Below are positions 34,601 to 50,183 of a stretch of 64,000 nt of DNA, in pieces (the first letter of the stretch is position 1; every line of letters begins with the position of its first letter). This DNA comes from Octopus sinensis (taxonomy: Eukaryota): NCBI RefSeq assembly GCF_006345805.1, contig NC_042999.1:143592001-143656000 (forward strand). Reading direction: 5' to 3'. Below the pieces are notes generated by a model. It ran no database searches. It saw only the letters and a program-made list of their open reading frames with translations, and had not been told where the DNA came from. The position numbers and the translations under genes were made by a program.

Positions 34601-37600
34601 ATTTTTACAAGAGAAAGTTGCAGTGAAATGAACTGACTCCAATACAAGCCTGGTCCTGATGTTATTGATCCCAGAAATGTGAAGGACTTGCCATAAAAGA
34701 TCGAGATTGTGAGATCTCTATACCAATTTTCAAGACTTAATTGTATGTTGTTTATAACTGAAAAGGGTGATGCAGCACCTGTGGCATGATAAAATGCAAC
34801 TAGTCCCTATTGTAAAGTGGTTGGTGGTAAGGACATCCAACCATAAAAGTCAAACCAAACCTAATACAACATACATAACACCTGAGTTAGCCAGTTACCT
34901 TCTTTTGTTACGTGCTCCAAGTGGTAAAATACAGTGTGACCAGTCCAACATATACCAGCATGGGAAAATAGACGAATGATGATATAAGCTTTGAATTCAG
35001 AAGAGAGAGAGAGTGAAGCATAACTAAATATTGAGAGTCTCTGATTTATGTCACTTTAATGATGTTGGTTTAGCAAAAATTGTGAAGTACAAAATTTCAT
35101 TTTCTAGGAAGGCAACAAAAAGTAAATAACAAAAAAATGAGGACATACCTGAATTGGGAAATTAAAGATGGAAATCGGATTGGTGTACCTTGAGTACATA
35201 GAATATCAGACAGCACATTTAGTGAATGCATACCAAGTGAATTTAGTACAGCTTTGTCTAGAACTTTCTGTAACACTTGTAAACTCTTTCGGCCACAAAG
35301 AGAGCCACCCTGATTAGCTGGCTGTAAAAAAGGTGGGATAAATGATAAAAACAAAAGCCATATAAACAATGACAGTGCTTAGAGATATATTTAATAGATT
35401 TATAGAAAGTGGGTACATTCCAATATTTAGAGAAAATGTGAATGTCAAGTCCTAATGGCATTTTAGGAAATGATGTTTAGTTCAGGTTTCACAAAATAAG
35501 ATGAGAGAAATATTGCCCTATATATAGAATGCTAGCTTATTTTGGATGAGAATCCTGTATCTCAATATCCAAATGAATTTAAACAATAAAGTCAAGTGCT
35601 TTGCCTTAGTATACATCGAAACATGCACCTACAACCTTTCAGCTGATAAAGCTGACAGTTCAATATCAATACTGTCTCCTCTAACTTGATTTGCTTTTAC
35701 ATACTAATACACTTAGACAGCAAATGCAGATGAAATATGACCCTCTCTACACATCTGTAGATGTATACATAATATTATTGTCATAAGTGCAGGATTGGCC
35801 GTGTGGTAAGAAGCTTGCTTCCCAACTACATGGCTCCGGGTTCAGTCCACTGCATGACACCTTGGGAATATGTCTTGGGCAGACCAAAAGCTTTGCCAGT
35901 GGATTTGGTAGATGGAAACTGAAAGTATCCCATCATATATATATGTATTTGTGTGTCTGTTTGTCTCCACCACCATTGCTTGACAACCAATGTTGGTGTG
36001 TTTACATACCCATAATTTAGGGGTTCGGCAAAAGAGACCTATAGAATAAGTACTAGACTTACAAAGAATAAGTCTTAAGGTTGATTTGTTTGACTAAAGG
36101 CGGTACTCCAGCATGGTTGCAGTCAAATGACTGAAACAAGTAAAGGAAAGAATAAAAGAATTGCAGACTTGAATAGATAAGTTTACTTTACTGCATATCA
36201 CCACACCATCATTCATCAGTTCTAGGGCCCCAAAGTGATGAAATCTGACTTCACCACTTCCTTTCTTATCTTAATCTTTCACAAGTACCAGCCACTGACA
36301 GTTTAATGCTTTTTTTTTTTTTCATCCAGCACTCCTTGTCCAATCACAACACATCTTCAACTAATGTAATTCTTTCTCCTGCATACATCAGCTGATGTAT
36401 TTAATATACCAAATACAGAAGCACCTGACTAATTCCATATGCTTAGCCCCATTGTTTTATCGCACTCACTGCTGACATTTCAAAGGGAAATTATGATGGC
36501 CATTAGAAACAAACTTCAGTTTCCTTTCCCATGTCTGCCAGTATGACTCTCACAAAGCCAAATCTACTCTGCTATATCACTCACTTGTAGGATCTCACTC
36601 TTGAATAACTTAGTGAAAATATAGTTGTTGACTTGAAACAGCAAAGGATTCAACCAGTCATATGAATCATATGGCAAAACTATTCACCTATGGGTGACAT
36701 CCAGCTTTCGCCCCTTGGATCAGTGGCTTCCTGTCAGATCATACTATTACTGTGCATACTGATGGATCTCTTTAACCTGTACTCTAGCGTGCCCTAAGTT
36801 TTGATTTTGTCCTTCTATAAAATCAATAACCTACATGCCATCACGTCCAACAATGTCCGCTCTTTATTTCTTACTATCCACATGCAAAGTTTGGACTGAT
36901 TTTATGAACAGAGACGTTGAGAAAAATCCTCCAATAAAGTAATGCCAATCTTGTCTCCTTCAAAAGTATGACACAACCCCTGCATATATCAAGAAAATAT
37001 TATTGCTCATCGCCCTCTCTCAACAAAAAAGCAAGAACAACATTCAACTAGAATCCTCAGGGCTGCTAAAAATGTTAGTTCTCATGACCTCTGAGAATCA
37101 CACTTGGTAAATACACATACTCAGCATAGCAAATACTGTATCACAAAGACTGGCTTTCCTCTTCATGGCAACAAAGTACTTCAGTGCCTAAAGACTTCTA
37201 ACTTTATAAATCTCAAGTAGGACCCACAATGTGATACTACTCTTAATTCTGGGATGGTATTGCTGCTATATACGACAACATAGACATTATTCCAAGAAAG
37301 TCCACCTGTTGGAATGAATTATTCTCTAACCTTTGTCCCAAAGGCATGTCTCTTCTTTCTGCCTCTTTTACCACTACTATAGTGACCTCTGCTCCTTGGA
37401 GTTGGTTGGTCATGTGTTACCTCCACTTAGATGCTTGAAAATACTAATCTCACCTGTTATCACCTATACTGTGTCCACTCACAACACACTACCTCACTTA
37501 CTACCCTTTATGCCCTATCCCTTCTTCCTGAAATGTACCTCTGGTATTCACTCACTATGATCATTAATTTCCAACTGATCCATAAGAACATTAAATGCTT

Positions 37601-40600
37601 CAATCTCACTGATGTCAGGAAGTCTCTAAAGACTATGAACATAGCTCATTCCACTTGACTAATCCAATATATATATATATATATGTAATAAAATATCTAA
37701 AAGAACATGTAAATGATATCAAGACTTTGATGACCCATGTACTGCTTGTAATAGAAAGGTAAGTAATATTAATGAACAAAATAAGCTAACCCTACTAAAA
37801 AGAAGAGAAGGAAGAACCTTTTAATGAATTAATATGAGAAGAAGCCATGACTATTATAAGTTTTCTAAAACTAATGTGATTGATTCTTCAGTATCTATAA
37901 GCCAATGTCTGTGAAAAAACATGAAGGAAGGGTAGGTGAATCAACTGTTTGGTCCAAATGCTTGCAGTAAGGGGAATTCTGCTGAAAGTGCCCATGAGCC
38001 AGTGTGATGTTGCACATGGTTGTATGTTAGGCTGAACTCGTAAGATGCTTTATACATACAAGTGAAAAGTTGTAAGTCTAAATCCTTCATTCAGATTCCT
38101 TTATATAATTCATAACAAAAATAGAACTGAAAGTGCAATGAGGTGGCAATAATGGTAGAGCTCTGATTCAAAATTACTAAGATACTTAGCTCCATTCTTT
38201 TTGGAATATTAAAATAATTGATAGCTCTTCATATTAATATGGTTTTTGGTGCTATGAAGGGACTTTTCTGGATATTATTACAACAAAAACATCTCTCTAA
38301 TGATTTTGCTTTACATTTTCCTGTACAAGTATGATAGTTGATAAATACTGATGATAAAAATTAAGAATACAAAAAAGTTAATTCTAAAAAAAGGAGAGAT
38401 ATTGATTGTAATATATTTATGACAGTAAAAATACCATGTCAGAAGTAGCCTCAATAATATGGGTTTATCCACGCCAGTTGATAGTTCAAACTGTTTCAGA
38501 ATTTGTGTTTTACATAGTAACTATAGAGTGATTAGATCAACCTGGGAGTTCTTCATTCAGATTTTAAAACCTCTACAGACAACATATAATTCAAGAAGGT
38601 AAAATTGACAGCAATTGAAGATTTGTTTTGAGTTGTATCAAATTAAAGCAATGTTTCAATTAGTTTTGATGATTCTAATAAAATCAATAAAGTATTTGGC
38701 ACAATATGTGATTATATCTCTTCATACTCTGAGATAAAACCTGTCCGGGTTGACTTAGCCTTTCATTCTGCTGAAGAATTAAAAATATCTATAAGTGCTG
38801 TGATTAATATAAACACTTATACCTCTGAAAGTGGTGCCCCAGCATAAAGATAGTTCAATGACAGCAACTGGTGGAAGAATATAGAATATACTAGTTATAG
38901 ATACACCCACATGCAAACACACATACAATTGATGGTCGGTGGTAGATAGCAGGATTGCTTGAGTAATGATGACAATGCTTTACATTTTAATTTTGAAACT
39001 CACCAGAAAATTTGTATTTCATCTTGCAAAGCTTGATAAAATGTACTTAACAGAATTGTCTATGGTTGAGGAGGTAATGCCTTTCTACATAAAGTCCAGT
39101 GATTAACATCAGTAAAATAATATAATCAAATTGAGGAAATGTCTGAATTGTTAAAAACTGGATATATTTGAATAATCATGAAAATATCCAGGATCATTGG
39201 AGTCAAAGTATGGATAAATGAAATAATATATCAAAAGCAAAGAGGAAAATGAATAATAAATGAGCACCAGACAATCAGCAGTGATGTCCAATTCATCTAG
39301 TTGTAAGTAGCACCTGGTGGTCATCATCATCATTTAATGTCTGCTTTCCAGGCTGACATGGGATGGACAGTTTGAATGAGGTCTGGTGAGCCAGAGGCTG
39401 CACCAGGCTCAATCTGATCTGGCAAAGTTTCTACAGCTGGATGCCATTCCTAACGCCAACCACTCCAAGAGTGTAGTGAGTGCTTTTATGTGCCACCGGC
39501 ACAAGGGCCAGTCAGGTGGTCTGACAACAACCAATGTTCAAAAGGTGTTTTTATGTGCTATCTGCACAGGAGCCAGTCCGGTGGCACTGGCAATGACCAT
39601 GCTTGAATGTTGCTTTTCACATGCTAGTAAGGCGACTCTGGTAACGAACATGCTCGAATGGTGCTTTTCATGTGTCACCAGTACGGGAGCCAATCTGTGA
39701 CCCTGGTAATGAGCACGCTTGGATGTGCTTTTAACATTCCACAATCAGGCGGTACTGTCATCGGCCACATCAGTGACTTTGATCTTGATTATTTCAAGCA
39801 GTGATATCACTGTAAAGTTAACCAGTAGTTCATTGATTTGTAGAACCAAATTTTATTCTAATTGTGGAAAAATATAGCCTTTCAAAAGAGGCTGACACAC
39901 TATCATCTTCATTTAACGTCTGTTTCCTATGTTGGTATGAGTTGGACAGTTTGACTAGAGCTGGCAAGCCAGAGAGCTGCACAGGGCTCCAGTCGTCTGT
40001 TTTGGCATGGTCTCTAGGGCTGGATGCCCTTCCAAATGCCAACCATTTTACAAAGTGTACTGGATGCTTTTTATTTGGCACTGGCACATATTTTTTTTAT
40101 TACAAGGCACCGGCAGGGTTGCCAAGTAACTTGCAAAATAAGTTGAAAGAGGAAGCTGAGGAAAGTGGCTGTGTGCCAGGCAAGAGGTTAGAGTATGATA
40201 GAGGGATAGAGATAGTTGTCTTACAATAGAGGAGATACTTGGCTATTCCTGTAGGACAAGAAAGGAGAAGGTGGGAGAGAATTAGGGAGAAAGATAGAGA
40301 TAGTCACAGTGAATGGTAAATTTGTTTTGTCATCATTTTAGTGCCTGCTTTTCCATACTTAAAGTTTCTAACTGGCTAATCACTAGTTTAATGCATTTAC
40401 AATGGTAAGAGTTTATAATTTTTTTCACAGATGTTAATATAATTTTCCGATCATTCATTCACATATGTGCAATGGAGTTCAGCAGTTTCTAACAACCAAA
40501 TATTATGGCTATGGTAGAAGACACTTGCCCATGGTACTGAAGTGAACTTAATCCCATAGCCAGTTAATCCCAATGCTAGTTTAATGTCAGAGAAACTCGT

Positions 40601-43600
40601 AGACGACCGAGGTGAGAATGGATAGACTCAAAGGACAAAATGATTTATCATGTTAAGGAAGCAAAAGTAATCTGGAAAGCAAATTAATCATCCTAATTCA
40701 GTTTCTTAGTGTTCTTCATGTTACATATTCTCTATCCCGCTTGTCATTTATCATGTATGCAACACCAGGAAATAATTTAATTTTAACCAATTCTCTCTTT
40801 TTTTTCAATGACATATATTTATGTATGCATAGTAATTTGTTCTGTAACACTTTATCAAGTTATAACAATGATACATTTTCTCTGGGGAAGGCGAAAGAAA
40901 CAAGAATATATACAAAGTTGGTTCCCATAGTTTCTGGAAAAAAAATTTGAATATTAAACTGGGCTTAATAGTTTTTTCCATTTTAATTTTTGAGTAATGC
41001 TCAATGCATGAAATCTTACAGGTGAATTAATGTACTAGCTTAAAGGGAGATAAATACGAAAGACAAACCTTGCATGGGCTCTCCAATGTAGTCTTCTCCA
41101 GAATATCTACCACAGCACTTATATCAGATTGAAGTTGTTCAGCAGCTGTCTCTAGAGCTGGTTTTTTAGATAAACTCTCTTTACTTTTCAAAATTGTGTT
41201 CTTGATAATATTAATTACTCTTTGACAGGCTGATCTGTAGCAAAACAAATAACACGTATAGTGGACTTCATTTAGGCATAAAGTAAATTCGAACCTGAAT
41301 CTGCCAATTTCCCTTAACTTTGCAACAGCACTTTTCTCACAGAGAAACATTGACTTGACAGCATTAAAATGAACACATGGCTTACCACTTGACCCTTCTA
41401 ACCACTTCCAGGCCATGTAAAGTTAGAATTGAGATAACAGGTACCCCCAACGAAATCTATTGTTCTCAACAATATGTCTCTCCTTCTGACTGGTTGTGCA
41501 TGGTTATAAATACTAGAATTTGGTAAGGCAAAATCAGTTAGTGAACAGAGACCAACTAGAGATGGCCTCAAGCAGACAGCCACTTGAGACAAAGCTACAA
41601 TCAGCGACTATGAGAGACAACTTCACTCAACTCTCTAACTTTCACAAGCTCACTTTCTTTTCTCTACAACATTACTCTATCTCTATCTGTAGTTTACTAC
41701 TTCACAATGGCAAGTACACAAACACAAAGTATACAGGGAAAAATCTACGATGTCTATCTTTACTTCGAATGCTTTACGAATTTATCATACTAACCTGTTG
41801 TGGTTTTGGCTTTATACAAAGTAAGGGTAAATAAATGTTTGTTTACAACTTCAATCACTGTTCTTCTTTCATCTTGCACTTCTGCCACATCAACATCCAT
41901 TACAATTGCCAACTTCTGAACCATTATTACTCATCAATTACAACTGGCTATAACCACCTAATTTACTGTTACACATGTGTGTTTCTTAGATATGTATACT
42001 ACATCTGTATATTATGCAAGGAACATTAATAGCATCAGTGTCACAGATCTTGGAGGGGTTTCAAAAACTACAAGCACATCTTCCTCCATCTCTAGCAAGA
42101 GTGAAAAGGACAAATTACTTCATTTCATTCCCATTAAAGGCCTAACATCTATGTGTAAGCTGTTGTTCTTGTTATTATTGAGAATAGTAGATGGCAGAAT
42201 TGGTAAAGAACCTGACAGGATAGTTTGCAGTATGGATGTATTTAACAGAGTCCATTGTGTTGCAATCAGGAGGAGGATATTAGTTGAAGTCAATCTCAAT
42301 ACTTGACTGGTATTTTACTGACTTTGGTAGAACGAAAGGTCAAAACTGACCTTGATGGATTTAAACTTAAAGTGTAAAACACTGTAACTTAATACCACAT
42401 GGCATTTTGACTGCTGCTTTATAGTAATGGTTCTCAACTGGGTTCCACATAAGATTTTGCTGTTAAAATTTATCTGCAATAAAGTGGTTATATCTCTACA
42501 ATACACAAAACATTTTAACAATTTTTTAAATACAATTTCTAATAATATTGAATTATAAAAATATAATGGGTACTTTTTTAACCATCAAATATTTATTAGG
42601 GTCCAGTAGAGTAAAATGGAAATCAAAGGGGTTCACAGGCAAAAACTAGTTGTGGCAATCCACAAACCCTTAATAATTGTTTTTAATTTATTAGTAAATA
42701 AACTGGCTATATCAAACCCAAATATTCTGTTTTATGCTCAAACTGGCCATATCTGGCCTCTCACACCTACCCTACAACATCATTTTAAAAATAAGCAATC
42801 ATATCATTAAAATCTCCAAGCAACAAGATAATGTATGATTATTTCAAAATAATGCGAATAAACAAGCATTAAATTTGACAGAATAATATGAATGTTAAAG
42901 GGTTAAGGCAGGAGGCTAGCAATTATGAAGGAAGAGTGTTTGTTCATTAAACTGGAACTTTATTTCATTGTCTCTGAAAAGATGAAAAGCACAGTTGGAC
43001 TTAACAGGATTTAAACTCAGAATGTAAAAAGACATACCTAAATACCACAAGGTATTTTATTTAATGCTTTACTGATTAGTATTTGTTTGCAATACAGGCT
43101 GAAGGCTAGAAATTTGTGGGGAGAGGAGAGGGTTTGTCAAGTTGACCCCAACACTTCACTAGTACCTTGGAGGGATGAAAAGTGAAGTTGACCTCAAGTA
43201 TATAAATTAAGTTCCTTTAATTCTGTAAGGACTACCAAAACACATCATATATTAAATTCTACCAAAAACTGTTGCTAACCTAATCTTTTTGATACCAATC
43301 TGCTTGAAATTGCTCCTGGCTCTGATACAAACTTCCATTTTTAAAGTGAGAAAATGAAAAACCTTCCATCAAAATTTCAATTTATGTTCCAAATATCAGC
43401 TTAATAATGACAAAGTAATTTTACTAAAATTTATTACTTTCAAAATTAACTAAAACAAAAGCAGTGTATTGCAACAGAAATATGCATGGAAGCTCATTGA
43501 AGAGGCTACCCTGGTTTTTCAACATAAACTGGCTTAAGAATGTCTTTAACAGAGTTCATTCTGTTGTAAGTATTCAGGTTAGGTCTCCATTCTGATAGTA

Positions 43601-46600
43601 ACTTCCTACCACCAATCACAGAGGTTCTGATAACAGGATATGACATTCTTCTTCTAACAATGACTTATACAAGCATTTCCTCAAAGGGCCACTCAGTGGG
43701 ATTGAACCTTAAACAACATACTTTTAAAACAAAGTTTTAAACGATGTGGCCATACATATGCCTCTCATTCTTCAGGAGTCAATAAAATAATATCAAGTTT
43801 GTACTGGGCCTGATTTTATAGTATGTTATCTACAATATTTGTGACATTGTGTCAGCATTAGAAATCATTATAAAGGTAATGATCAAGGGATCGCATAGAG
43901 TAAGCCAGACAAAACATCTTGTATTCCTCATCATTGTTTAACGTCTGCTTTCCATGCTTTAATCTGGCAAGGTTTCTACAGCTGGATGCCATTCCTAATA
44001 TTAACCACTTCGAGAGTGTAATGGGTGCTCTTTACATTCCACCAGCACAAGGACCAGTCAGGCGCTACTAGCATCGACCACGCTTTAACAGTACTTGAAT
44101 GGTGCTTTTAACATGCTACCGGCACAGGAACCAGTCCGGCGACACTGACATCGACCACTACAGTGATTTTATTTGACTCAATAGGTCTTCTCAAGCACAA
44201 CATATTGCCCAATGATTGAAGGAAACTCTTAAATGGGCTGGTTATGTGACATTGGCATAGGCCATAGCTATGATCTTACTTAGCTTGCTGGGTCTTTTCA
44301 AACACAGCATATCTCCAAAGGTCTTAAGTCACTCGTCATTGCCTCAGTAAGGCCCAACATTCGAAGGTTGTGCTCCATCATCTCATCCCATTTCTTCCTG
44401 GGTCTACCTCTTTTACAAGTTCCTTCCACAGTTAGAGATCGGCACTTCTTTACACAGCTGTCCTCATCCATATGTAACATGACCATACCAACACAGCTGT
44501 CTCTCTTGCACACCACACCTGATCCTCCTTAGGTGTTATTTAGTTAAATCTCTTTATGCTCCGAGTTCAAATTTATCCTTCCAAAGTCATAATTACATTC
44601 ACATGACTTTTAGTAATACTAAATCAACCCCATTATTTTAGCTGATACTTCATTTTATTGAACCCCACCACAATAGAATATACCTTTTCTCCATAGCATA
44701 TGAATTAATGTGAGCTAGCAGAATCATTAGAGCATTGACAAAAATGCTTTGTGGTATTTGTTCTGGCTCTTTGCATTCTGAGTTCAAATCTTAGCAAAAT
44801 CAATTTTGCCTTTTCCCAATTTTGCCTAATAAAATATAGCACCAGCCAAGTACCAAATCATCTAAAACCCTCTCCTCATATTTATTGGCTTTGGGTCTAA
44901 ATCATAAACTATTATCATTATTGAGAGCCTTGAATCTTGAAATTGGTAGAATTTTCAATAAAATGCTTTGTACTTGTTTAGGTATATCCCCTTCAATTCT
45001 ATCCTAAATTCACTATAAACCCACAAAAAATGCCAATCATTCATTAAGGGAGATGTGTGACAGAATCAACAGAACATTGCATACAGTATCTTTATGAAAA
45101 AACCAGTACCACAGTGGACACACTATGTATTAAAGACTTAGTGCAACTGGGACACAATACCATGCAAGACAGTGGGCACAATAACTTATATGATGGATAC
45201 AGTACTTTGTATTATAGAAATAGTATAGACATATGTTGTAGTATTTAATTATGTTCCAAGTTCCACCTTGCCTTTCATCATTTCAGAGTCAAAGTAAATA
45301 CTAAATTAAACAAACACTTCTTGGTGCCAAAGTTACTGTTACTAAGATGGTGGAAGTGTGTGAGTGTGTGTTGGAGGGGCTGAGGGAGGTAATACAATTG
45401 TACTCAGTACCTAGTAGCTATAAATTTCATCTTCCAACTTTGAGTTCCAATCCAGTGAAGGTAAAAGTTACTTTTTGCCTCAGAGTTTATAGAATAAAAC
45501 CAGGTTTATACTGGAGTTGTGTTAATCAAATGTACCTACCCCAGCAAATTTGTAGTATTGCCTTAATATGAGCAATTACTACTGTTCTTGTTTAATTCTA
45601 GGTCAGCCCTGATACAGCAGAACTATTTTTAAATATGATTCAGGTGTAAGCATCCTGCCTTCTTTTTAAGATAGTGTCTAGGATTACACTGTTTAGTGCG
45701 TCTTTCCCTTTTTAAAACGGTAAAGTATGATTTAAGAAAGATATAGTTGTTACTTTTAGAATAATGAATGATCACATAGAGGCTCTTCTGTTGGTTTATT
45801 ATGATGACTGTTGAAGTGAGTGAAGTATCATCATCATCGTTTAACATCCGTTTTCCATGCTAGCATGGGTTGGATGTATGACTGAGGGCTGGCGAACCAG
45901 ATGGCTGCACCAGGCTTCAATCTTGATCTGGCAGAGTTTCTACAGCTGAATGCCCTTCCTAATGCCAACCACTCCGAGAGTTTAGTGGGTGCTTTTACGT
46001 GCCACCGGCACAGGGCCAGTCAGGCGGCACTGGCAACGACCTCGCTTGAATCTTTTACACATGCCACACTAAACAGTACTTAACTCCATTCCTCAGTTCT
46101 GAGTTCACAAACAACAAGTCCTACTCAGATTTTCAAACCTCTGGTAAAATAACTGATATATTCTCAAGTCAATTCCTTTGACTCAACAAAGTTATCCTAT
46201 ATTAGTCATAGGATGACAATACTCATGACTTTTGTATTTTAGTCAATATCATCACTACTAGCCCATCTTATTTTGACTCAACAAAAAAGCTTCTATATGT
46301 TCACAAGATCTGCTAGAAATATCAGCCAACTCTCTCTCAAATCCAACCCAACCATTTTAAATAAAAGGTGACATGGGACAAAACGGTTATAGAATGATGT
46401 TGGCAGATTAAAAGATGGATGGTCATGGCTGAAACAGCTTAATTCATATGTCTGTTCCTTATTTTAACAGCACATCCTATCAACAACCAAAGTATTTATC
46501 AGTGTAGCTATATTTATTGAACTACAAGTAATGAAGAAAGACTAAAATCAAAAGTAGTTTCAGATACTACCTGACATTTTGGTCCTCTTCAATAACAGTT

Positions 46601-49600
46601 TGTAGTTTATGCAGGAGGTCGATAAACTGTGACAAACCCTTCACATGCATTCTTAGATGGCTGGTTGAGTCAGGAGCATAGCCCTTACCTCCAAGTCTCA
46701 GCTTCATTATAAACGAAACAGCTTGCTATGTAGAAAAGAAACAAGTAAACAATATTGATTGGAATAACAGGAAGCAATTATAGTGATGTTAAAAGGAAGA
46801 ACAATAGTAGTTTAACCCTTTCATTATCAACCTGTTCAAAGCAGCTTGAAATTTTCGACAGTCCTGAGACAACCTGTAATTACCTATTCATATTTAAATG
46901 AGAATATCGACATAATTACTACATTAGTGCTAATTCATGATTTCAATGAATATTGCCTGACATTGTATAATGCAAAATTTGTGTTCTACAAATTTTTTGG
47001 CAATTTTTTCCACATCATAAACTTTTCTATAACTTTGTGTACTTGGAGTAATGGATATCTGCATTACATTTAGATGAGGAACATTATAGTTCTTTATTTG
47101 AAAATAAAGCCCCCCCCTCTACCCATTACCCAACCAAAACAAAAGAATTCCTTCTATTCTGTACTATTTTTGGCTATTTATAGTATATAAATACCAGTAA
47201 GCATTTATATCCCATAAATAGGACATCAAATGAAAAAAAGGTTTGTAATTTGAACATTGCCACTACAATGGGAAACAAAGTCAGATATAATATTCTCTGA
47301 AAATTAATGCTTCCATATCATAAATAAGGATGTATTTTATTTTGTGACCAGTTCTTCAGTTCTCTTAAATTTGTGGAAGAATCACAAGTTGTGGCAACAT
47401 AAATATATTCTACATGGAGTACAAATACAATGTCATTGGATATAAAAAAGCAAAATGAAAAAGTGTTGGGAAAATCCAGAAGTAGAAATGAAATTTTTTT
47501 TTGTGCCTGTATAAAGAGACACAAGTAAATCAATTTTCCATTCACTTGTTCTCAACCAAATGCGGATGAAAATGGAGACAACATTTATAAATAAATGTTG
47601 CTTACAACAGTGACATGGTTGGTGTAAATCAGATTAATCAAATGACATGCTATTACAAGGTTGGTAGACCAGGTTATTAGTAGCGGCAAAACCATTTTGG
47701 TACATAGTAATTGAATATTGTGAATGCTTTTTTACTACATACCAAATTGCCCAAAAGCAACATGACCATCTTTTGGGAGAAAGGAAAATGTTTGCCAGAA
47801 GGATATTCCTCTGAATTTGGCTAATTTCCATTACTACCACTACTACTACTACTACTACTACTAATAATAATAATAATAACAACAACAATAATAATAATAA
47901 ATCAATGGCCTCAAGAGACTGTGCCAAGAATGCCAACACAATAAAAGAAAGTTCTTAGCAGACAATCAATTGAAATGTCCTTTTCTGCAAGATGAAACTA
48001 AACAGAGTGGGCTGCTTTACAACTTAACACAAAAAAGAACTATTAAATTCTGTATCTATACTTTTGTTATATAAAATATTATCAAATTTACCTTGTTTTA
48101 AATTGTCAATCTTTTGTAATTCTAATTTAGCTGTTAGGTGTGTCCAAATACTACCTAATTACAATAGTGAATCCCTTCTTCACCGCTTTATGTACCTAAT
48201 TATGTATGTGTGTATAAATTTGTTTGAGCCCTTAGTTTTCTTCAAACATTTCAACAAATTCCTATTTTTTAAGTTGTTTACCCTTTGGGGCAATTATATT
48301 TGTGACCGTTAGTTACAACCTATGTTTGATTTCAGACAGACAGATATACAAGGAGATGAAACAATAAGTTAGTTTACCTGATACATAGGCAATCCACTTT
48401 TCTTGGCTTCACGTTTGAGGTCAGTAAAAGCCTGATGGTCAAGTCCTCGGTCAGGAACATTAAGGACACGGGCCAGACTTATCTGGCTGCGGGAATTGAC
48501 CAAGAGATCAAGGTAGGAATAAAATACCTGGTAAATATACCTCTAGTAAATGAAGAGAGAAAGAGAAAACTATTAGAATTTTCATACTTAGCAGAGATAT
48601 GGGAGATGTCTGATGTGTGTATGTGTGCATTAGTGAGAGTTTGTGTGTATGATTCAGGACCACGAGGAAAGGCTAGTGTTCAAGCATTTAAGTAGAAGAC
48701 CTTGTATCATCATCATTTTTATGTCCTGTTGACTGAATCCCCTTCCTGTTGCCAACCCTTACCCTTTTCATTATATATATATACATCCACACACACATAG
48801 AATGGTAGGGGTCCACCAAGGATCAGTCCTCATCCCCCTCTTATTCATCATAGGCAATAACGGAGGAATTCAAGACAGGATTCCCCTGGGAGCTCCTCTA
48901 TGCTGATGACCTTGCTCTAATAGTTGAGTCACTATCAGAACTAGAGAAGTTTCAGGTGTGGAAGCAAAGTCTAGAATCAAAGGACCTTTGAGACAATCTA
49001 GCAAAAACCGAAGTTTTAATAAGTAGGAAGGCAGTCAAATAACAAATCCCTTCAGGTAGATGACCCTGCTCAATCTGTAGAGAAATCATAGGTAGAAACT
49101 CTATAAGATGTACCCAGTGTAAGCTATGGACACATAAGAGGTACAGCAATATCAAAGGGAGGCTAACTGGGAAGATAGATTTTGTTTGTGGCAAATGCTC
49201 AGGGGCAATAAACACTGAAATGTACAGAAAACAGCTTCCGTCACATTCCAGGGGAAAAACTTCAAGTAGTTGATAGCTGACTAAGTCAGTAGCAGGGATG
49301 GATACTCTGAGAGTGTAACTACTAGAATAAGAATAGCCTGGGCAAAGTTCAAAAAGCTTCTACCTCTGCTGGTGACAAAGGGCTTCTTGCTCAGAGTAAA
49401 AGATAGACTGTATGATGCATGTGTGTGAACAACCATGCTACATGGCAGTAAAACATGGGCTGTGACTACTGAAGACATGTGTAAGCTTGCAAGGAATGAA
49501 GCTAGTATGCCTCGCTGGATGTGTAATGTCAGTGTACATACACGACAGAGTGTAAGCACTCTGAGAGAAGTTGCATATAAGAAGCATCAGACGTGGTGTG

Positions 49601-50146
49601 CAAGAGAGACGACTGTGCTGGTATGGTCATGTGCTGCATATGGATGAGGACAGCTGTGTGAAAAAGTTTTACACCCTAGCAGTAGAGGGAAGCTGTGGAA
49701 GAGGCAGACCTAGGAAGACCTGGGATAAGGTGGTGAAGTCTGACCCTTGAATGTTTGTCCTCAAAGAGGCGATGACAAGTGACTGAGACCTTTGGCAATA
49801 TGCTGTGCTTGAGAAGACCCAACAAGGCAAGTGAAGTTGTTGTGATCGATGACAGTACCACCTGATTGTCACTCATGCATGACTGGATCCTGTGCCAGTG
49901 ACACATAAAAAGCACCATTGAAGTGTGGTCAATGTCAGTACTGCTGATTGGCCCTCATGTCAGTAGCATGTAAAAAGCACTCACTACACTCTTGGAGTGG
50001 TTGGCATTAAGAAGAGCATCCAGCTGTAGAAACTTTTCCAGATCAGATTGGAGCCTGGTGCAGCCTTCTGGCTTGCCAGCCCTCAGTCAAACCATCCAAA
50101 CCATGCCAGCACGAAAAGCGGACATTAAACGATAATGATGATGATG

Positions 50147-50183
<37 letters not shown>

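Noticed and set aside
39480-39775. CRISPR-like repeat-spacer array
   Set aside because: Degenerate tandem subrepeats of a retroelement UTR in a eukaryotic intron; no unique spacers or cas genes.
41235-41416. N-terminal part of ORF 41027-41416 as PARPBP coding sequence
   Set aside because: Lies upstream of the phase-matched acceptor at 41234; intronic.
47634-47939. 101-aa ORF with poly-Leu/poly-Val
   Set aside because: Trinucleotide microsatellite translation.
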